Source: an uncultured Acidobacteriota bacterium
GTDB lineage: Bacteria; Acidobacteriota; UBA6911; RPQK01; JAPXNP01
Assembly (NCBI GenBank): GCA_963777605.1
Contig: CAVZRV010000013.1
Coordinates: forward strand, 1-64,000
DNA length: 64,000 nucleotides
Direction of reading: 5' to 3'
The first letter of the stretch is position 1. Each line of letters begins with the position of its first letter. The notes under the pieces were generated by a model that searched no databases, was not told the DNA's origin, and worked only from the letters and a program-made list of their open reading frames with translations. Positions 40,171-50,923 of the stretch are shown one piece after another. A program made the translations under genes and the position numbers.

Positions 40171-40899
40171 ATGATCCAGCGCGGTTTGTTTGTTTTCGTT
40201 CTGGCATTCCTCAGTGCGAACGCCCCCATGTGGGCCGGAGTGCCTCAAATTGTGCACCGACTGGCCCAAGTCGGTGCCGGAGGAGGGATTCGGAGCGTTA
40301 TTCTTGTTCTCAATGACGGTGAACAACAGGCGAGCTTCCACCTCGAGTTCTTTGAAGGGGGAGGCACCCCTCTGGAGGTCACCATCGGTGAAAGCACGGC
40401 CTCGTCCTTCGACCTGACTGTGCCCCCAAGAGGGACGACACGGTTCGTCGTGACCAGTTCCTCTACGACTCCAGTCGCAGGCTGGGCCCAGCTGCTGTCT
40501 TCCTTTCCGATTGGAGTTCAGCTTCTTTTCGAGATCTCGGCCGATGGCAATCTGGTCACGCAGGCGGCTGTGGAACCGGCCGCGACAACCCACTTGGCCG
40601 AACTGTTTGTGGATACGAAGTCAGGGAATACCGGTGTGGCACTGGCCAACCCGTCCGGGCTTGGCGGCATCGTCGTAAGGATCATTCTCAAGAACGATGT
40701 GGGCGAGGTGCTTGGCACGTATCAGAGTGAGATCCCGGCGCTCGGCCACTTCGCCAAGTTCGTTTCTGAGATCTTCCCGGAGGCCGCTGAGACAACCGGG
40801 TCGCTCGAGGTTTCAGCTACTGGTCTATTCACAGTCATTACCCTGCAGCAGACCGGGCTCGTTCTCGGGACCTTGCCCGTGATCACGCCGAGTTCCTGA
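40171..40899 (+). CDS. Secreted protein consisting only of the shared domain
   Basis: Signal peptide, LAQVGAGGG, NTGVALANP, AKFVSEIFPE and GTLPV. Confidence 0.7.
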   Translation: MIQRGLFVFVLAFLSANAPMWAGVPQIVHRLAQVGAGGGIRSVILVLNDGEQQASFHLEFFEGGGTPLEVTIGESTASSFDLTVPPRGTTRFVVTSSSTTPVAGWAQLLSSFPIGVQLLFEISADGNLVTQAAVEPAATTHLAELFVDTKSGNTGVALANPSGLGGIVVRIILKNDVGEVLGTYQSEIPALGHFAKFVSEIFPEAAETTGSLEVSATGLFTVITLQQTGLVLGTLPVITPSS

Positions 40900-40918
40900 A
40901 ACCGGAAGGAAGTCACCA

Positions 40919-41911
40919 ATGAAAAGGAATCTAATATCGGCCATTCTTCTCCTTGCTTGCGTCACAACAACTTGTCTCGGGGATTTGACAGAGGACTATT
41001 CAGACGATCTCTCGGACCTGATCGCAACTCAAGGCCGCTGGCAAGATCTGGAGGTTGGCTCGGACCTCTCTCAGAGTACAAAGGATGCCGTTGGTGCTCA
41101 AATCGATTACCTCGTTCAATTGTTGAAACTGGGTGGGGAAGCTGGAAAACTGGAAGTCAGCGACGAATCCATAATGAACGGCGCGGCACAGCTTCTTGGC
41201 ACTGCATTTGGCATGTCGGCGAATTCATTGCTGACGAGCAGCAAGGCAATTGACGTCGAGCATGAGCTGGGTTCGGTGGTAAGGCGACTGTTCGACAGAG
41301 CCGAAACAGCCCATTTCCTCGCCCAACCGATCGATATTCCGAAAGGTCTGGTGTCTGCCCTCACTTGGCTTGTGGATTCCGGTGAGTGCACGGTCCGTTT
41401 GAGTGCGACTCGCTCGAATCCAGGCAGCGCGATCAGGTTTGCCGAGTTTGACATCCGAGCCCTGGCGTCTCCAGCTGGAGGGGTTTTTACGTGGGCTTGG
41501 GTGAGGTCGATCGACAGGGACGGAGACATCTTTACGCCGGCTGAAATCGAGAATGTCATCGTGTTCGGCACCTCTCCGACTGTGCCGCCGCCTGCAAAGA
41601 TCCTGAGCAACGCCTCTTTCGATGGCGAAGTACTCCCCATCCAGGAAACAGTGGCCTCGGGGGAACTGGGGCTGCTGAAGTTCAATCAGCAAATCGTGAA
41701 AGGCGCCGGCCTCTCCTCCCCCCTGTCGCCTCTTCCCGAAGGATTCAGAACCTTGGCGATTGCGGTTCGGTATGACGCCCCGAATGGAAGTTCCTGTCAG
41801 GATGACCTGTGGATTTCCCTATACGACTCTTTCGAAATCCATGATTCGCACTTCATGAGCGGCGATGTCCGGAATAGATTGTTGGAGGAAGAGGGCTGGA
41901 GACCTCAGTGA
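40919..41911 (+). CDS. Hypothetical secreted protein
   Basis: Signal peptide MKRNLISAILLLAC; 330-aa ORF after an AAGGA RBS. Confidence 0.6.
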   Translation: MKRNLISAILLLACVTTTCLGDLTEDYSDDLSDLIATQGRWQDLEVGSDLSQSTKDAVGAQIDYLVQLLKLGGEAGKLEVSDESIMNGAAQLLGTAFGMSANSLLTSSKAIDVEHELGSVVRRLFDRAETAHFLAQPIDIPKGLVSALTWLVDSGECTVRLSATRSNPGSAIRFAEFDIRALASPAGGVFTWAWVRSIDRDGDIFTPAEIENVIVFGTSPTVPPPAKILSNASFDGEVLPIQETVASGELGLLKFNQQIVKGAGLSSPLSPLPEGFRTLAIAVRYDAPNGSSCQDDLWISLYDSFEIHDSHFMSGDVRNRLLEEEGWRPQ

Positions 41912-42157
41912 CGGCCGGGCCAGTCAATCATCCGGTGCTGTCAAGTAGACAGGTGGCCGGCCCGAAGAACCAATCAATTTGAGGCGGTGGGGGTAGTGTT
42001 CTCGACTGGAGAAGAGGCTTCCTTGAGAGCACTGTGGCTCTGGACGAGTTGATTCGAAGGTGTTGGCACACCTGGGGCAGCCCGCACATGTCGCGCGGGG
42101 AGAACTGCCCCTGAGCGTACGTTTTAAAATTCTCTGTGAACCCTCAATTGATGAAGG

Positions 42158-42451
42158 CTAGACCTTCACCCGGTCCTTGAGACCCTTGCCCGGTTTGAAC
42201 GTGGGGACGGTACGTGCGGCGATCTCGATTGTCGCTCCGGTCTGAGGGTTGCGCCCCTGGCGAGCCTTGCGGTTCGACGTGTCGAAGGTGCCGAAACCCG
42301 GAATCGTGACGTTGCGTCCGGCGTCCAGTTCCACCGCGATGATCCCTTGTCCAGGCTCGGTGTCGAAGAGTGCGTTCACGACATCCGTAGCCTGAGATTT
42401 GGTCAATCCGGTTTTCTTCGCCAAATTTGTACAGAGTTCAGTTTTGTTCAT
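42158..42451 (-). CDS. hup: HU family DNA-binding protein
   Basis: MNKTEL...GFGTF...RKARQGRNPQTG..I.I.A..VP.FKPGK.LK. Confidence 0.95.
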   Translation of the reverse strand: MNKTELCTNLAKKTGLTKSQATDVVNALFDTEPGQGIIAVELDAGRNVTIPGFGTFDTSNRKARQGRNPQTGATIEIAARTVPTFKPGKGLKDRVKV

Positions 42452-42808
42452 GCTCTTTCCTCCTTAAATAGCCCCGATATAGCAGGAGCAGGCACACGTT
42501 TGGAAGTTTCAATATCCGAGACATTTACACAAATCCAGTTCGTGTGCAACTACCTATCTTCCGGGGAATTCCTTCAAAATGATGTGTTTGTAAACCGGGA
42601 GTCCGATGGCTCAAGCCACAACCAAACGATATTCTACCAAAAATCAATCACTTCGACAGAATTCGGGGCTTTACAGGATGCCCCGACCAGAGGGACAGGG
42701 AATTCGGCCTGGAAGGACAACTGGAAGTTCACTTACATTGTGCGCAGACAAGAGGCAGCAGGGAGTTGTCCTCAAATCGAGGAGGTTTTCGGGAGCCGAT
42801 TTTGAAGA

Positions 42809-42837
42809 AGGCCGGCTGCTTGAGGAGCAACCGGCCT
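42809..42837 (-). terminator. Putative intrinsic terminator after the spondin-domain gene
   Basis: The minus strand has a hairpin AGGCCGGTTGCT/AGCAGCCGGCCT followed by TCTTC, 8 nt after the stop codon. Confidence 0.5.
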
Positions 42838-42845
42838 CGCGGAAG

Positions 42846-43563
42846 CTAGAAGCCGTTGCGGGAGGCCCGAATGGTTATTTTGGCGACCGGATTTCTCCAG
42901 TCGGAGGTGGCTGCGGATAGTCCATCGGGAGGGGAACCGGCGATTCCATGGACTCCGGCGTGAACGTAGACGTACCCTTCCGCGCCGTCGGTGTCACGGT
43001 CATTGACTCCGTTGTTGCAGGGAGGGCCGGGCACGGTGTCGCAGGTCTCGCTGTTTACCTCGGTCCCGGAATCGTAGGCAGGTGCGTAGAAGACCAAGGT
43101 CCCGAGGTTGGGCAGAAATGGAAAGTACAGCGATGACACCGGCTGGCCGTTCAAGGCGAAAAATGCATCGTTGGTCGAGCCGAGCATCCCGGCGAGACTG
43201 AGGTATCGTGGCCCAAAACCTGTACCGCCGTTCAGGATCACGGTCACCGACTGTCCCGGAAGGAATGGTCCGTCGCTCACCTGGACGTCGATCACGTCTG
43301 GATCGGCACTCAGTTGGGGAGCCAAAACCGACGTGTCCCCGCCTTCAGCGATTCTCCAGATTCCTTCGCTCGGCCGGTTCCCCGAGTGTGAAAATCGGGG
43401 TCATGCGGGCGTTGTGAATGGCTACAACCGCCGGCGAGAAAGGCTGCCCTTTGGTCAGGTTCGTGATGGTTACTTCGTACTGCAGGGGGCCGGCCAGTGC
43501 CAGTCCGGAACCCAGCATCAACACGGACAAGATTAAAATGATACGGGCTAATTTGGTTTGCAT
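42846..43563 (-). CDS. Secreted Spondin_N-domain protein (frameshift ~43350)
   Basis: YEVTITNLTKGQPFSP...H, ML.STNDAF, YDSGTEVNSE and V.VH.G. Confidence 0.85.
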
Positions 43564-43965
43564 TAGTTACTCCTTGTTGAATTTCGTGTTATCGCCCTGT
43601 GAACCACCCCGTAGGGATGATTCACCCCACTCGCCGTCCCAACAGACCGCGGAATCCATCTGCCGGATTCTCCTTTCGGACCAGCTGTGGAAACCATCCC
43701 CGGGGAGTCGATCTGATCCAGTCCGGCGATCCGAAGGTATGCAAGTGAGCTGATTACTGAATACTTTGCTCGGGAAGCGGAAATGGTTACGGGACGGAGC
43801 AAATACCTGAATCAACACCCGAAATGAGGGACTCCGTGCCAGCAACGGATGACGATATCGAAGGTTGTGGGGCGTCTTGCCATTACCCTGGCGTATGTAT
43901 TTGTCCCCAGGCAACTTGGCGGGGGAAGACGAGATGACTTCGCAGGGAAGAGTCTGAAACCGTTC

Positions 43966-44505
43966 TCAGGAGGTTTCCCCGAAGACGGCGGAGAGTTCCT
44001 CCAGGCATCCGGCCTGGGCGTCCGCACCGAGTTCCAGGTAGACGCCCGGCGTGGATTTGAAGGCAGCTCCGCCGAGGGCGATCCGCGGCTGCGCAGGCAA
44101 GTCCGCACTGCGGATCGCTGCAATTAGCCTTCGAACAACAGGAGTAGCGGTCAACTGGTTGTTGATCGACATCAATTCGTGGTTGAGGGCCTGTTCCCGA
44201 TCAGCGGGAATTTCTCCAATCAGGGTAAAGCCATCCGGCAGCTTTTCGATCCAGCAACGGATCGTAATCGGATGCTGGAGGGAATCACAGAAATTCAGCT
44301 GCAGTTCCGCAGAGGGAGCCTCATGGTTCTGCAGAAATTCCTGAACCGTTCGGGCGTCGCGTTCCACGAGGAAATCCCAAGCGCTGAAGCCGCGGATCGT
44401 GTCGGCTTCGATCTTGAGAGTGCGCGCAAAACAGCGGTTCAATTCGAGAATGTGACCGTTGGAGCCCGCTCTCAGGTAGTGAACAGTCTCGACTTGATTC
44501 GACAA
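43966..44505 (-). pseudogene. PAS-like N-terminus fused to the tail of a cobalamin-binding/receiver-like domain
   Basis: A PAS-like segment (N..F...L) is followed by ...PRIALGGAAF...ELGAD. This looks like a deletion chimera. Confidence 0.5.
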
Positions 44506-44608
44506 CTTTGCCCCACAAGTTCAATGGACGAAACCCCCTTCGCGGTCGCAGACTGGGCGCCCAATAAGATATCACGGGCCGCGCTGCCCCGGGATGACCG
44601 ACGACTCC

Positions 44609-46450
44609 CTAGAAGGAGGGGATCCTGCACTCCAGGCCGGCCCGGATCCAGCGACCGGGCATGATAACCCCGCGGATCTCTTCGTACCGGCTATCGAGAA
44701 GGTTGGAAACCTCCAGAAAGCCATTGAAACGGCCCAGTTCCCGGGACCACTTCTGATTGAGAACCCAGTAGCGCCGACCGTCCGATCGAACTTTGAAGTG
44801 GAGGTCCTGACCAAGCCGGAACCGGCCGGGAAGTTGAACGGTCCCGAACGCGGAGAAGGCGTGCCGGGCAAAATCAAGCGCGTACTTGGAAAGGAGGTCA
44901 AGAGTTTCGGTAGTCGAATCCAGGTACGCATACTGGACCGAGACCAGGCCGACCCTTCCGCCAAGCGCTTTCTGAAGCCCGAGTTCCAGGCCCCGGGTAT
45001 CGAGTGCCCGGATGTTGGCTGTTCTCCACCTTTGATCGGCGGACTCTCGGACCCAGTCAACCAGGTTCTGATCCCAGCGGGAAAAGGCCGAGACCTGGAC
45101 CAGGAGAGACGGGTTGACGATCCAATCTGCCCCTGACTCCAATTCCCAGGCCTCTTCCGGGAGCAGGTTCGGAGACGCCAAATGATTCGGGTCGCTGTAA
45201 TAGAGTTCGGTGAAGGTCGGAACTCGGAAGGCATGACCCGCAGACGAACGAAGCTTGAGGCGGGGATGGACCCACCAGGCGGCGCTCAGCGAAGGGCTGA
45301 ATGCCGACCCGAAGGACGTATAGTGATCGAATCGGATTCCCGGGACAAGAGAGAACCGATCTCCCCACGCCTGCTGCAGTTCGGCATAGAGTCCCCATCG
45401 ATCGTAGGCATGGCGTCCGAGGTTGTTCGAGTCGATCCATTCATGGCCTGCCTCTCCACCCCAGGAGAACCGGGTGTCTTCCAGGATCTCGTGTTCGTTC
45501 CGGATTGAGGTCCCGATGGAATGGGTCCGGTGATGATTTTCGGCAAAGCCGGGTCTGCGAACATCCCAGAGGAAGTGATCTCCATGGGTGCGATAGAAGA
45601 TTCGGGTGTCGGTCTTCCTGGCACCGGACGAGAGGAACGGACTTTCCATCGCAATCATCGTCGCGTCAGTCCATTCCTTCGAGGGCGAGGGCCCGTAGAA
45701 ACCATTGGCTCCGAATTCTTTGTTGAGATGGCCGACCTGGAGGTACGCGCCTGAGCCGAATGCCGTCTCCGAGTTCACCCCGACGTTCGCAAAATCCCGG
45801 TCAAACATGAATCCGCTCGATCGAATGCCGAATAGGGATACGGTCTGGCGAACGGAACCGGCCTCGATGATCGCTCGACCGCCGGCTTCGGCGAGGCCGT
45901 GTGAGCCTGCTGCAAAGCGGGCCTGGCTCTCACCGGCATCACGAGTGATGATGTTTATGGCCGCGCCGAAAGCGTCGCCGCCGTAGACGGAAGAACCGGT
46001 GCCGTGCAGGACCTCCACCCGTTCGATGTCGGCCAGTGCCACAGGGAGATCGGTGTTGTGATGGCCGGTCTGGGAATCGTTCATGCGAATCCCGTTGACC
46101 AGGATCAGGGTTTGTCCGAAACCGGCGCCGCGGGCCGAAATGTCGCTCTGCACGCCGAATGGAGAACGGCTGCGCACGTCAACGCCTGTGACATAGCGAA
46201 GGAGATCCGGCACGGAGTGGACGGGCAGCTGCTCAATCTCCTCCCGGGAGATGATCGTGACCCCGCGGCCGAGGTCCTGAAAGGTTATGGGAGAAGCGTT
46301 CGCCGTCACTACGACCGATTCCTTGAGGTCGGCCTGGGCAAACAACACCCCGGTGGAGATTCCGGCCTGTGGAAGCAGAGTCAGCCACGCGATTCGCGCA
46401 ACAGTCTTGAGGCAGCGGGGATAGAGCACAGCTTTTCTCGGAGTCTCCAA
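44609..46450 (-). CDS. TonB-dependent receptor
   Basis: ESVVVTA, plug RG...QTLILVNG...DIERVEVLHG.GSSVYG..A.G.AINIIT, FRVPTF.ELY, NP.L.PE and NLLD..Y...PGR. Confidence 0.92.
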   Translation of the reverse strand: METPRKAVLYPRCLKTVARIAWLTLLPQAGISTGVLFAQADLKESVVVTANASPITFQDLGRGVTIISREEIEQLPVHSVPDLLRYVTGVDVRSRSPFGVQSDISARGAGFGQTLILVNGIRMNDSQTGHHNTDLPVALADIERVEVLHGTGSSVYGGDAFGAAINIITRDAGESQARFAAGSHGLAEAGGRAIIEAGSVRQTVSLFGIRSSGFMFDRDFANVGVNSETAFGSGAYLQVGHLNKEFGANGFYGPSPSKEWTDATMIAMESPFLSSGARKTDTRIFYRTHGDHFLWDVRRPGFAENHHRTHSIGTSIRNEHEILEDTRFSWGGEAGHEWIDSNNLGRHAYDRWGLYAELQQAWGDRFSLVPGIRFDHYTSFGSAFSPSLSAAWWVHPRLKLRSSAGHAFRVPTFTELYYSDPNHLASPNLLPEEAWELESGADWIVNPSLLVQVSAFSRWDQNLVDWVRESADQRWRTANIRALDTRGLELGLQKALGGRVGLVSVQYAYLDSTTETLDLLSKYALDFARHAFSAFGTVQLPGRFRLGQDLHFKVRSDGRRYWVLNQKWSRELGRFNGFLEVSNLLDSRYEEIRGVIMPGRWIRAGLECRIPSF

Positions 46451-46535
46451 TTCCGGTTGGCCGGGTGTCGATTTGTCAGAAAATCCTACACTGGTTCGAG
46501 AGTATACTCAATCGATCAGGATTGTCGATTGGAGG

Positions 46536-46862
46536 TCAGAAGCTAAAATGGGAGAGGATCGTTTCTTTGAGCGCCTCTGCATCCTTCAGGTCGGAGGTAG
46601 TAAAGAAATGCAGGGTTCCACTTGTTGAAAGTCCCGGGTCGCCAATGACCTGCCAGACCGAAGGGCCCCGGTTTGGACTGCCCAGATGAGAAATAGTTGC
46701 ACTCAGATTGGCCGAGGCGAAGGCACGCCGGCATCCGTTAGGGGATTCGACCAGGCAGACACCCGGCTTGTCAGGGGCTTTAGCGCAGTCGTCAGGGAAC
46801 TTCAGCCTTGAAACCATGGAAACGACACGCTCGTCTTCGTAAAAGACTTCTTCGATTCTCAA
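46536..46862 (-). CDS. Hypothetical protein
   Basis: ORF after a GGAG RBS. The APDKPGV segment is weakly GIY-YIG-like but lacks the tyrosines. Confidence 0.35.
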   Translation of the reverse strand: MRIEEVFYEDERVVSMVSRLKFPDDCAKAPDKPGVCLVESPNGCRRAFASANLSATISHLGSPNRGPSVWQVIGDPGLSTSGTLHFFTTSDLKDAEALKETILSHFSF

Positions 46863-47385
46863 TGCTCTCCCCCAAGAGACTGACCGATTAAGTGTTTTAC
46901 CACAACCGAATGAACGAATCCAATCAGAATTTTCCCTGGCCTTCGCGGGACTGCAAAGCGCAGGTGACCGATACGCCGAAGCCCTCCATCAGACCGGCGC
47001 ATCTCTTCGTTCTCCGGTTCCATATTGCAGGAAATGCCGGTGTCCCGGCCCGCCCATGAAGAGCCTGGCCGAGTAAAGAACAAGGGCATCCAGGGAGGGC
47101 ATCGTCGGTGTCCGGATTCCAGGCGTGAAGCAGATACCTGGCATCCTCTCGACCGCGATCGACCATGGGATACTCGCTTGCAGGACGACATCCATCTCGG
47201 CAGCACCGCGGGGAATCCGAGACGACTCTTCAGGAGGGGGAATTGAAACGCCGGGTCGCGAAGGAGAAGACCCGGTCCTGATCCCTGCTCGGATCGTATC
47301 GACTGGTTCGTCGGCCGGGAGTGGGGATTCGTTCGACGACAAATTCGTTGCTCTCCTCTTCGGTCTCTGGTTGACTGGGCACATC

Positions 47386-48822
47386 ATGTTGAGACGACAA
47401 TTCCTGAAGGCTGCAGGTGTCAGTTTGTGCCTTGAGACCGGGAGCCGATCGGAGAGCGTTGTGCTGGGAGCGGCCGGCCTCAATGAGAGTGCCGTTCCTG
47501 GCGAAACCCTTCGCCCGCGCCACCCTTACCACCAGACTCAGACGATCAAGATCTTCATGTGTTCGAAGACGGAGCCCCGGGCAGCCCTCAACGTCGATCA
47601 GGCACTGGAAGTCATCCGGAAACTTCACAATCTCACCCGGGGAATTCCCACCATCGCCTACCTGGTCGGTTGGCAGTACGAGGGTCACGACTCCAAGTAT
47701 CCCGCCTGGTTCGAAGTGAACCGAAAGATCGGGGGCATGGGATCGAAATCGGCACACAAGGATCTTTTGAAGTTGATGTCTGAGGCGCGCAGGTTCAACA
47801 CGACGGCGAGCGTGCACATCAACATGGACGACGCCTACGAGAACAGTCCCCTCTGGCGGGAGTACCGTGAAGCCGACGTCCTGATCCGGGAAGAGGACGG
47901 GAGCCTCCGCAAAGGGGGCGTCTGGGGTGATGAACAGTCCTACCTGGTCTGCAAGGCCCGCGAGTGGGAGAGCGGTCTCGCCCGACGCCGGATTGACCAG
48001 TTGCTCGAACTCCTGCCGATTGCCGGCGCGGGAACCGTCCACATCGACGTATTCCAGCCTCTGGCCAGTCCTTATCACGGCGTGACCGAGGAGGGCGACG
48101 TCGAGGCGATGAAGCAGATCATCCGCTACTGGCACTCTCGTGGCGTTGATGTGACAAAGGAGTGGTTCCACCACGAGTTCGCCGGGTTGATCCCGATGGT
48201 TTGGCACCTCAACCTGGACGAGGCATCGCGGCTCAAATATTCCCCGGACGTGCTTTGTGGAGGCGGATCCGGATGGAATTCGCGAGCGGGGCGGGGATCG
48301 CGAGGGACGCATGGCAGGCCGGAGGACGGTTGCCTGTTCGAGGACGCCTGGGGTCACGCGATGTATGGCGAGCCCGAGATCGGTGCCGACGCCGAGAACC
48401 TCAGCAATGTCCTCGACCACTTCTGCCTGACGACCCTGCCCTGGTATTTCCTCAACCGGCAGCGTGCCGTCCGGCATGTCCAGACGGCGACCCGGTACTC
48501 GGTCGAGTTCACCGGCGAGGTACGTACCGATGTAGATGTACGGAGCGGGAAGTTGAGGTTGACCGCCGGAGACCGTCTCCTGGTCGATGGGACCGATCTC
48601 TGTGTCCCCGCGCTTTGGAGACCGGAGGAGTGTATCGCCTACAGCCGGGAGGGAGGGCTCTCAAAGTGGCAGTTGCCGGAGGACTGGCGCTCGGTCGGCC
48701 GGGTCGATGTTGCCGAAATTGGGCCTGAAGGGCTCCGACCTTCGGGGCAGAGACCGGTGGTGAATGGCTGGGTAACTCTTGAGCCTGCCCCGGGACAGGG
48801 TCTCAGCTTGACTCCCGCTTAG
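47386..48822 (+). CDS. GH101-like (endo-alpha-N-acetylgalactosaminidase family) glycoside hydrolase with Tat signal
   Basis: MLRRQFLK Tat motif, LVGWQYEGHDSKYP, SVHINMDDAY and VHID. Confidence 0.7.
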   Translation: MLRRQFLKAAGVSLCLETGSRSESVVLGAAGLNESAVPGETLRPRHPYHQTQTIKIFMCSKTEPRAALNVDQALEVIRKLHNLTRGIPTIAYLVGWQYEGHDSKYPAWFEVNRKIGGMGSKSAHKDLLKLMSEARRFNTTASVHINMDDAYENSPLWREYREADVLIREEDGSLRKGGVWGDEQSYLVCKAREWESGLARRRIDQLLELLPIAGAGTVHIDVFQPLASPYHGVTEEGDVEAMKQIIRYWHSRGVDVTKEWFHHEFAGLIPMVWHLNLDEASRLKYSPDVLCGGGSGWNSRAGRGSRGTHGRPEDGCLFEDAWGHAMYGEPEIGADAENLSNVLDHFCLTTLPWYFLNRQRAVRHVQTATRYSVEFTGEVRTDVDVRSGKLRLTAGDRLLVDGTDLCVPALWRPEECIAYSREGGLSKWQLPEDWRSVGRVDVAEIGPEGLRPSGQRPVVNGWVTLEPAPGQGLSLTPA

Positions 48823-48832
48823 CGCGACCGGG

Positions 48833-49372
48833 TCAGCTCTCGGTTGTGGGATGCGTGATCTCCGGGACAGGCCTCGGACTCGAATCCGGTCTGCTCGTGC
48901 GGCCGGTGGAGCGGGACTTCCGGCGGGTCCAAAGGAAGCAGAGAATTGCGACCGGGACGGTGACTAGATCGACGAAGATCCAGTAGTGAAACGAGATCGT
49001 GCGGATACCGATTCTCCCTCCCAACGGATAGAGCGGGGCGGTACCCCCGGAAATCGTGTCAACCCCAAGATGCAGCAGGACCGCTAGCCAGGCTGCAACC
49101 GCCGCCGGTTTCCAACCGGGTCCCAGCAATTTCCGGCCGAACAGGATCAGGATCGGGACCAGCGCAGCGAGAAACCAGACCGTGTGACTCCAACTGGTCA
49201 GGCGGGCATGCAGTGAAAGGTGCGGCCAAACGATGTCGGGCAATACGCCCCCCACTGCAATTGCGCCGAGGTGACGGACCTGGAACAGGAGTCGTCCTTT
49301 GCGTTTCACGTAAACAGCATTGACTGCTGTGGCCGCAATTACCGGCAAGCTTGCATGGGTCCCAACGAACAT
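48833..49372 (-). CDS. Membrane-bound metal-dependent hydrolase (YdjM-like)
   Basis: TH, LPD, SH and LH..VD...G..P.YP motifs within TM segments. Confidence 0.7.
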   Translation of the reverse strand: MFVGTHASLPVIAATAVNAVYVKRKGRLLFQVRHLGAIAVGGVLPDIVWPHLSLHARLTSWSHTVWFLAALVPILILFGRKLLGPGWKPAAVAAWLAVLLHLGVDTISGGTAPLYPLGGRIGIRTISFHYWIFVDLVTVPVAILCFLWTRRKSRSTGRTSRPDSSPRPVPEITHPTTES

Positions 49373-49391
49373 TGATTTTCAATCGAGCAGG

Positions 49392-50909
49392 TTACTCTGA
49401 GCCGGGCGCCCGCAGCAGCAGGACGTTGTTCGTCGAGCGCGATTCGCCTACCGATGAAACCCGGATGCCCCGCTTGTCATTGACCGGACACTTGTTTTCA
49501 CAGAGTCCGCAGCCAATGCAGCGAGCCGGGTCGACTACGGGCCGCTGGAGCTTGACCCGCTCGCCGGCCGAATTGACCGCTTCGGCAGGTTCGATGTAGA
49601 TGGCCTTGGGAGAGACCGGGCACATTTCCTCGCAGACGATGCAGGGCTTGTTCATCGCCCACGCAAGACAGCGGGTGCGGTCCACGAAAGCGGTTCCCAG
49701 TTTGACCGGAGCTTTGTAAGGTTCCCGGCCCAGTTTCTCTTCCAGGGTGAGCGATCGAATCGCACCGGTCGGGCAGACTTCACCGCAAAGTGCGCAGTTG
49801 TACTCGCAGTAACCGAGGCGGTAGACCATGACGGGGGTCCAGATCCCCTCCAGCCCGGCCTGAATGAGCGTCGGCTGGATGGCGTTGGTTGGGCACACCT
49901 TCATGCAGGCGCCGCACTTCACACACTTGGCCAGAAAGTCTTTTTCGTCCGCCGAGCCGGGCGGGCGGATGACCACTGAGTCCGGCAGCCGGGCCGAGGT
50001 CGCAGAAGCGGCCAATAAGGGAACGCCTACTGCCGCGATGGCAGTCGTCTGAATCAGTCCTCGACGGGAGAGATCGGGAAGGGGATTGACGGTCGGGTTT
50101 TCCGGTGGAACCGTCCGGAACGAAATCGCGTTGGTGGGACAGTTCTCCCGGCACTCCATGCAGACAAAACACTCCGACTTGCGGAGTTTCATGTGGGGAT
50201 CCGCCGCACCGGGACAGTTTGTGACGCACTGCTCGCAGCCACTGCACTTGTCCTCGGACCGGTAGACGTGAAACAGCGAGAGCCGGGACGTGGCTCCAAG
50301 GAGGGCGCCCAGCGGACAAAGGGTCCGACAGAAGAATCTCGGCGATACGGTGTTCAGAAAGAGCAGCAGCAGGAGGATGCCCCCGAGCAGCCACCCGAGT
50401 TGAAAGGTCCGCGTCGGGAAAACGTACCCTTCGGTCATCACTCCGATCGCCGGATAAACGGACGTCGCCAAGCTTCTCGTGAGCAGGCTGATCGGGTCGA
50501 GCAAGCCGATCTGGGTGATGCCGAAGGCCGAGAGAATCAAGAATGCAACCAGAAGGTAGTACTTCACCCCGTAAAAGGAGCGGTACCGGTTCCTCTCGAC
50601 CACGTCCGCACGTTTCTTGGGGCGTGACAGCCAGTCCATGAAATGGTGCAGACTCCCGAACGGGCAGAGCCACCCGCAGAAGACCCGGCCCAGGAGAATC
50701 GTGACTACCAGAACGACGACGGCCAGAATCAGCCCGGAATAGAGCGTGTGACTGGCCAGGACGTTTGCGATCGCACTGAGCGGATCAAGTTGGAGAAAAA
50801 GGCTGACCGCGTAGTCTTCGATTCTGCTGAAGTCGCTTCGGAAGAGCAGCCAGAGAAACAGCGTAAGGAAGAAAACCTGCGTAATCGTGCGAGTTCTAGT
50901 CAGTCTCAT
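49392..50909 (-). CDS. Membrane polyferredoxin (NapH-like + MauM/NapG-like 4Fe-4S domains)
   Basis: GRVFCGWLCPFG, RFFCRTLCPLGA, IRPPGS and multiple CxxCxxCxxxCP motifs. Confidence 0.9.
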   Translation of the reverse strand: MRLTRTRTITQVFFLTLFLWLLFRSDFSRIEDYAVSLFLQLDPLSAIANVLASHTLYSGLILAVVVLVVTILLGRVFCGWLCPFGSLHHFMDWLSRPKKRADVVERNRYRSFYGVKYYLLVAFLILSAFGITQIGLLDPISLLTRSLATSVYPAIGVMTEGYVFPTRTFQLGWLLGGILLLLLFLNTVSPRFFCRTLCPLGALLGATSRLSLFHVYRSEDKCSGCEQCVTNCPGAADPHMKLRKSECFVCMECRENCPTNAISFRTVPPENPTVNPLPDLSRRGLIQTTAIAAVGVPLLAASATSARLPDSVVIRPPGSADEKDFLAKCVKCGACMKVCPTNAIQPTLIQAGLEGIWTPVMVYRLGYCEYNCALCGEVCPTGAIRSLTLEEKLGREPYKAPVKLGTAFVDRTRCLAWAMNKPCIVCEEMCPVSPKAIYIEPAEAVNSAGERVKLQRPVVDPARCIGCGLCENKCPVNDKRGIRVSSVGESRSTNNVLLLRAPGSE

Positions 50910-50923
50910 GGTGTCGCCAATTC

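Noticed and set aside
46450-47380. Cobalamin riboswitch upstream of the TonB receptor
   Set aside because: I could not find the conserved B12-box or core motifs by eye; an Rfam scan would settle it.
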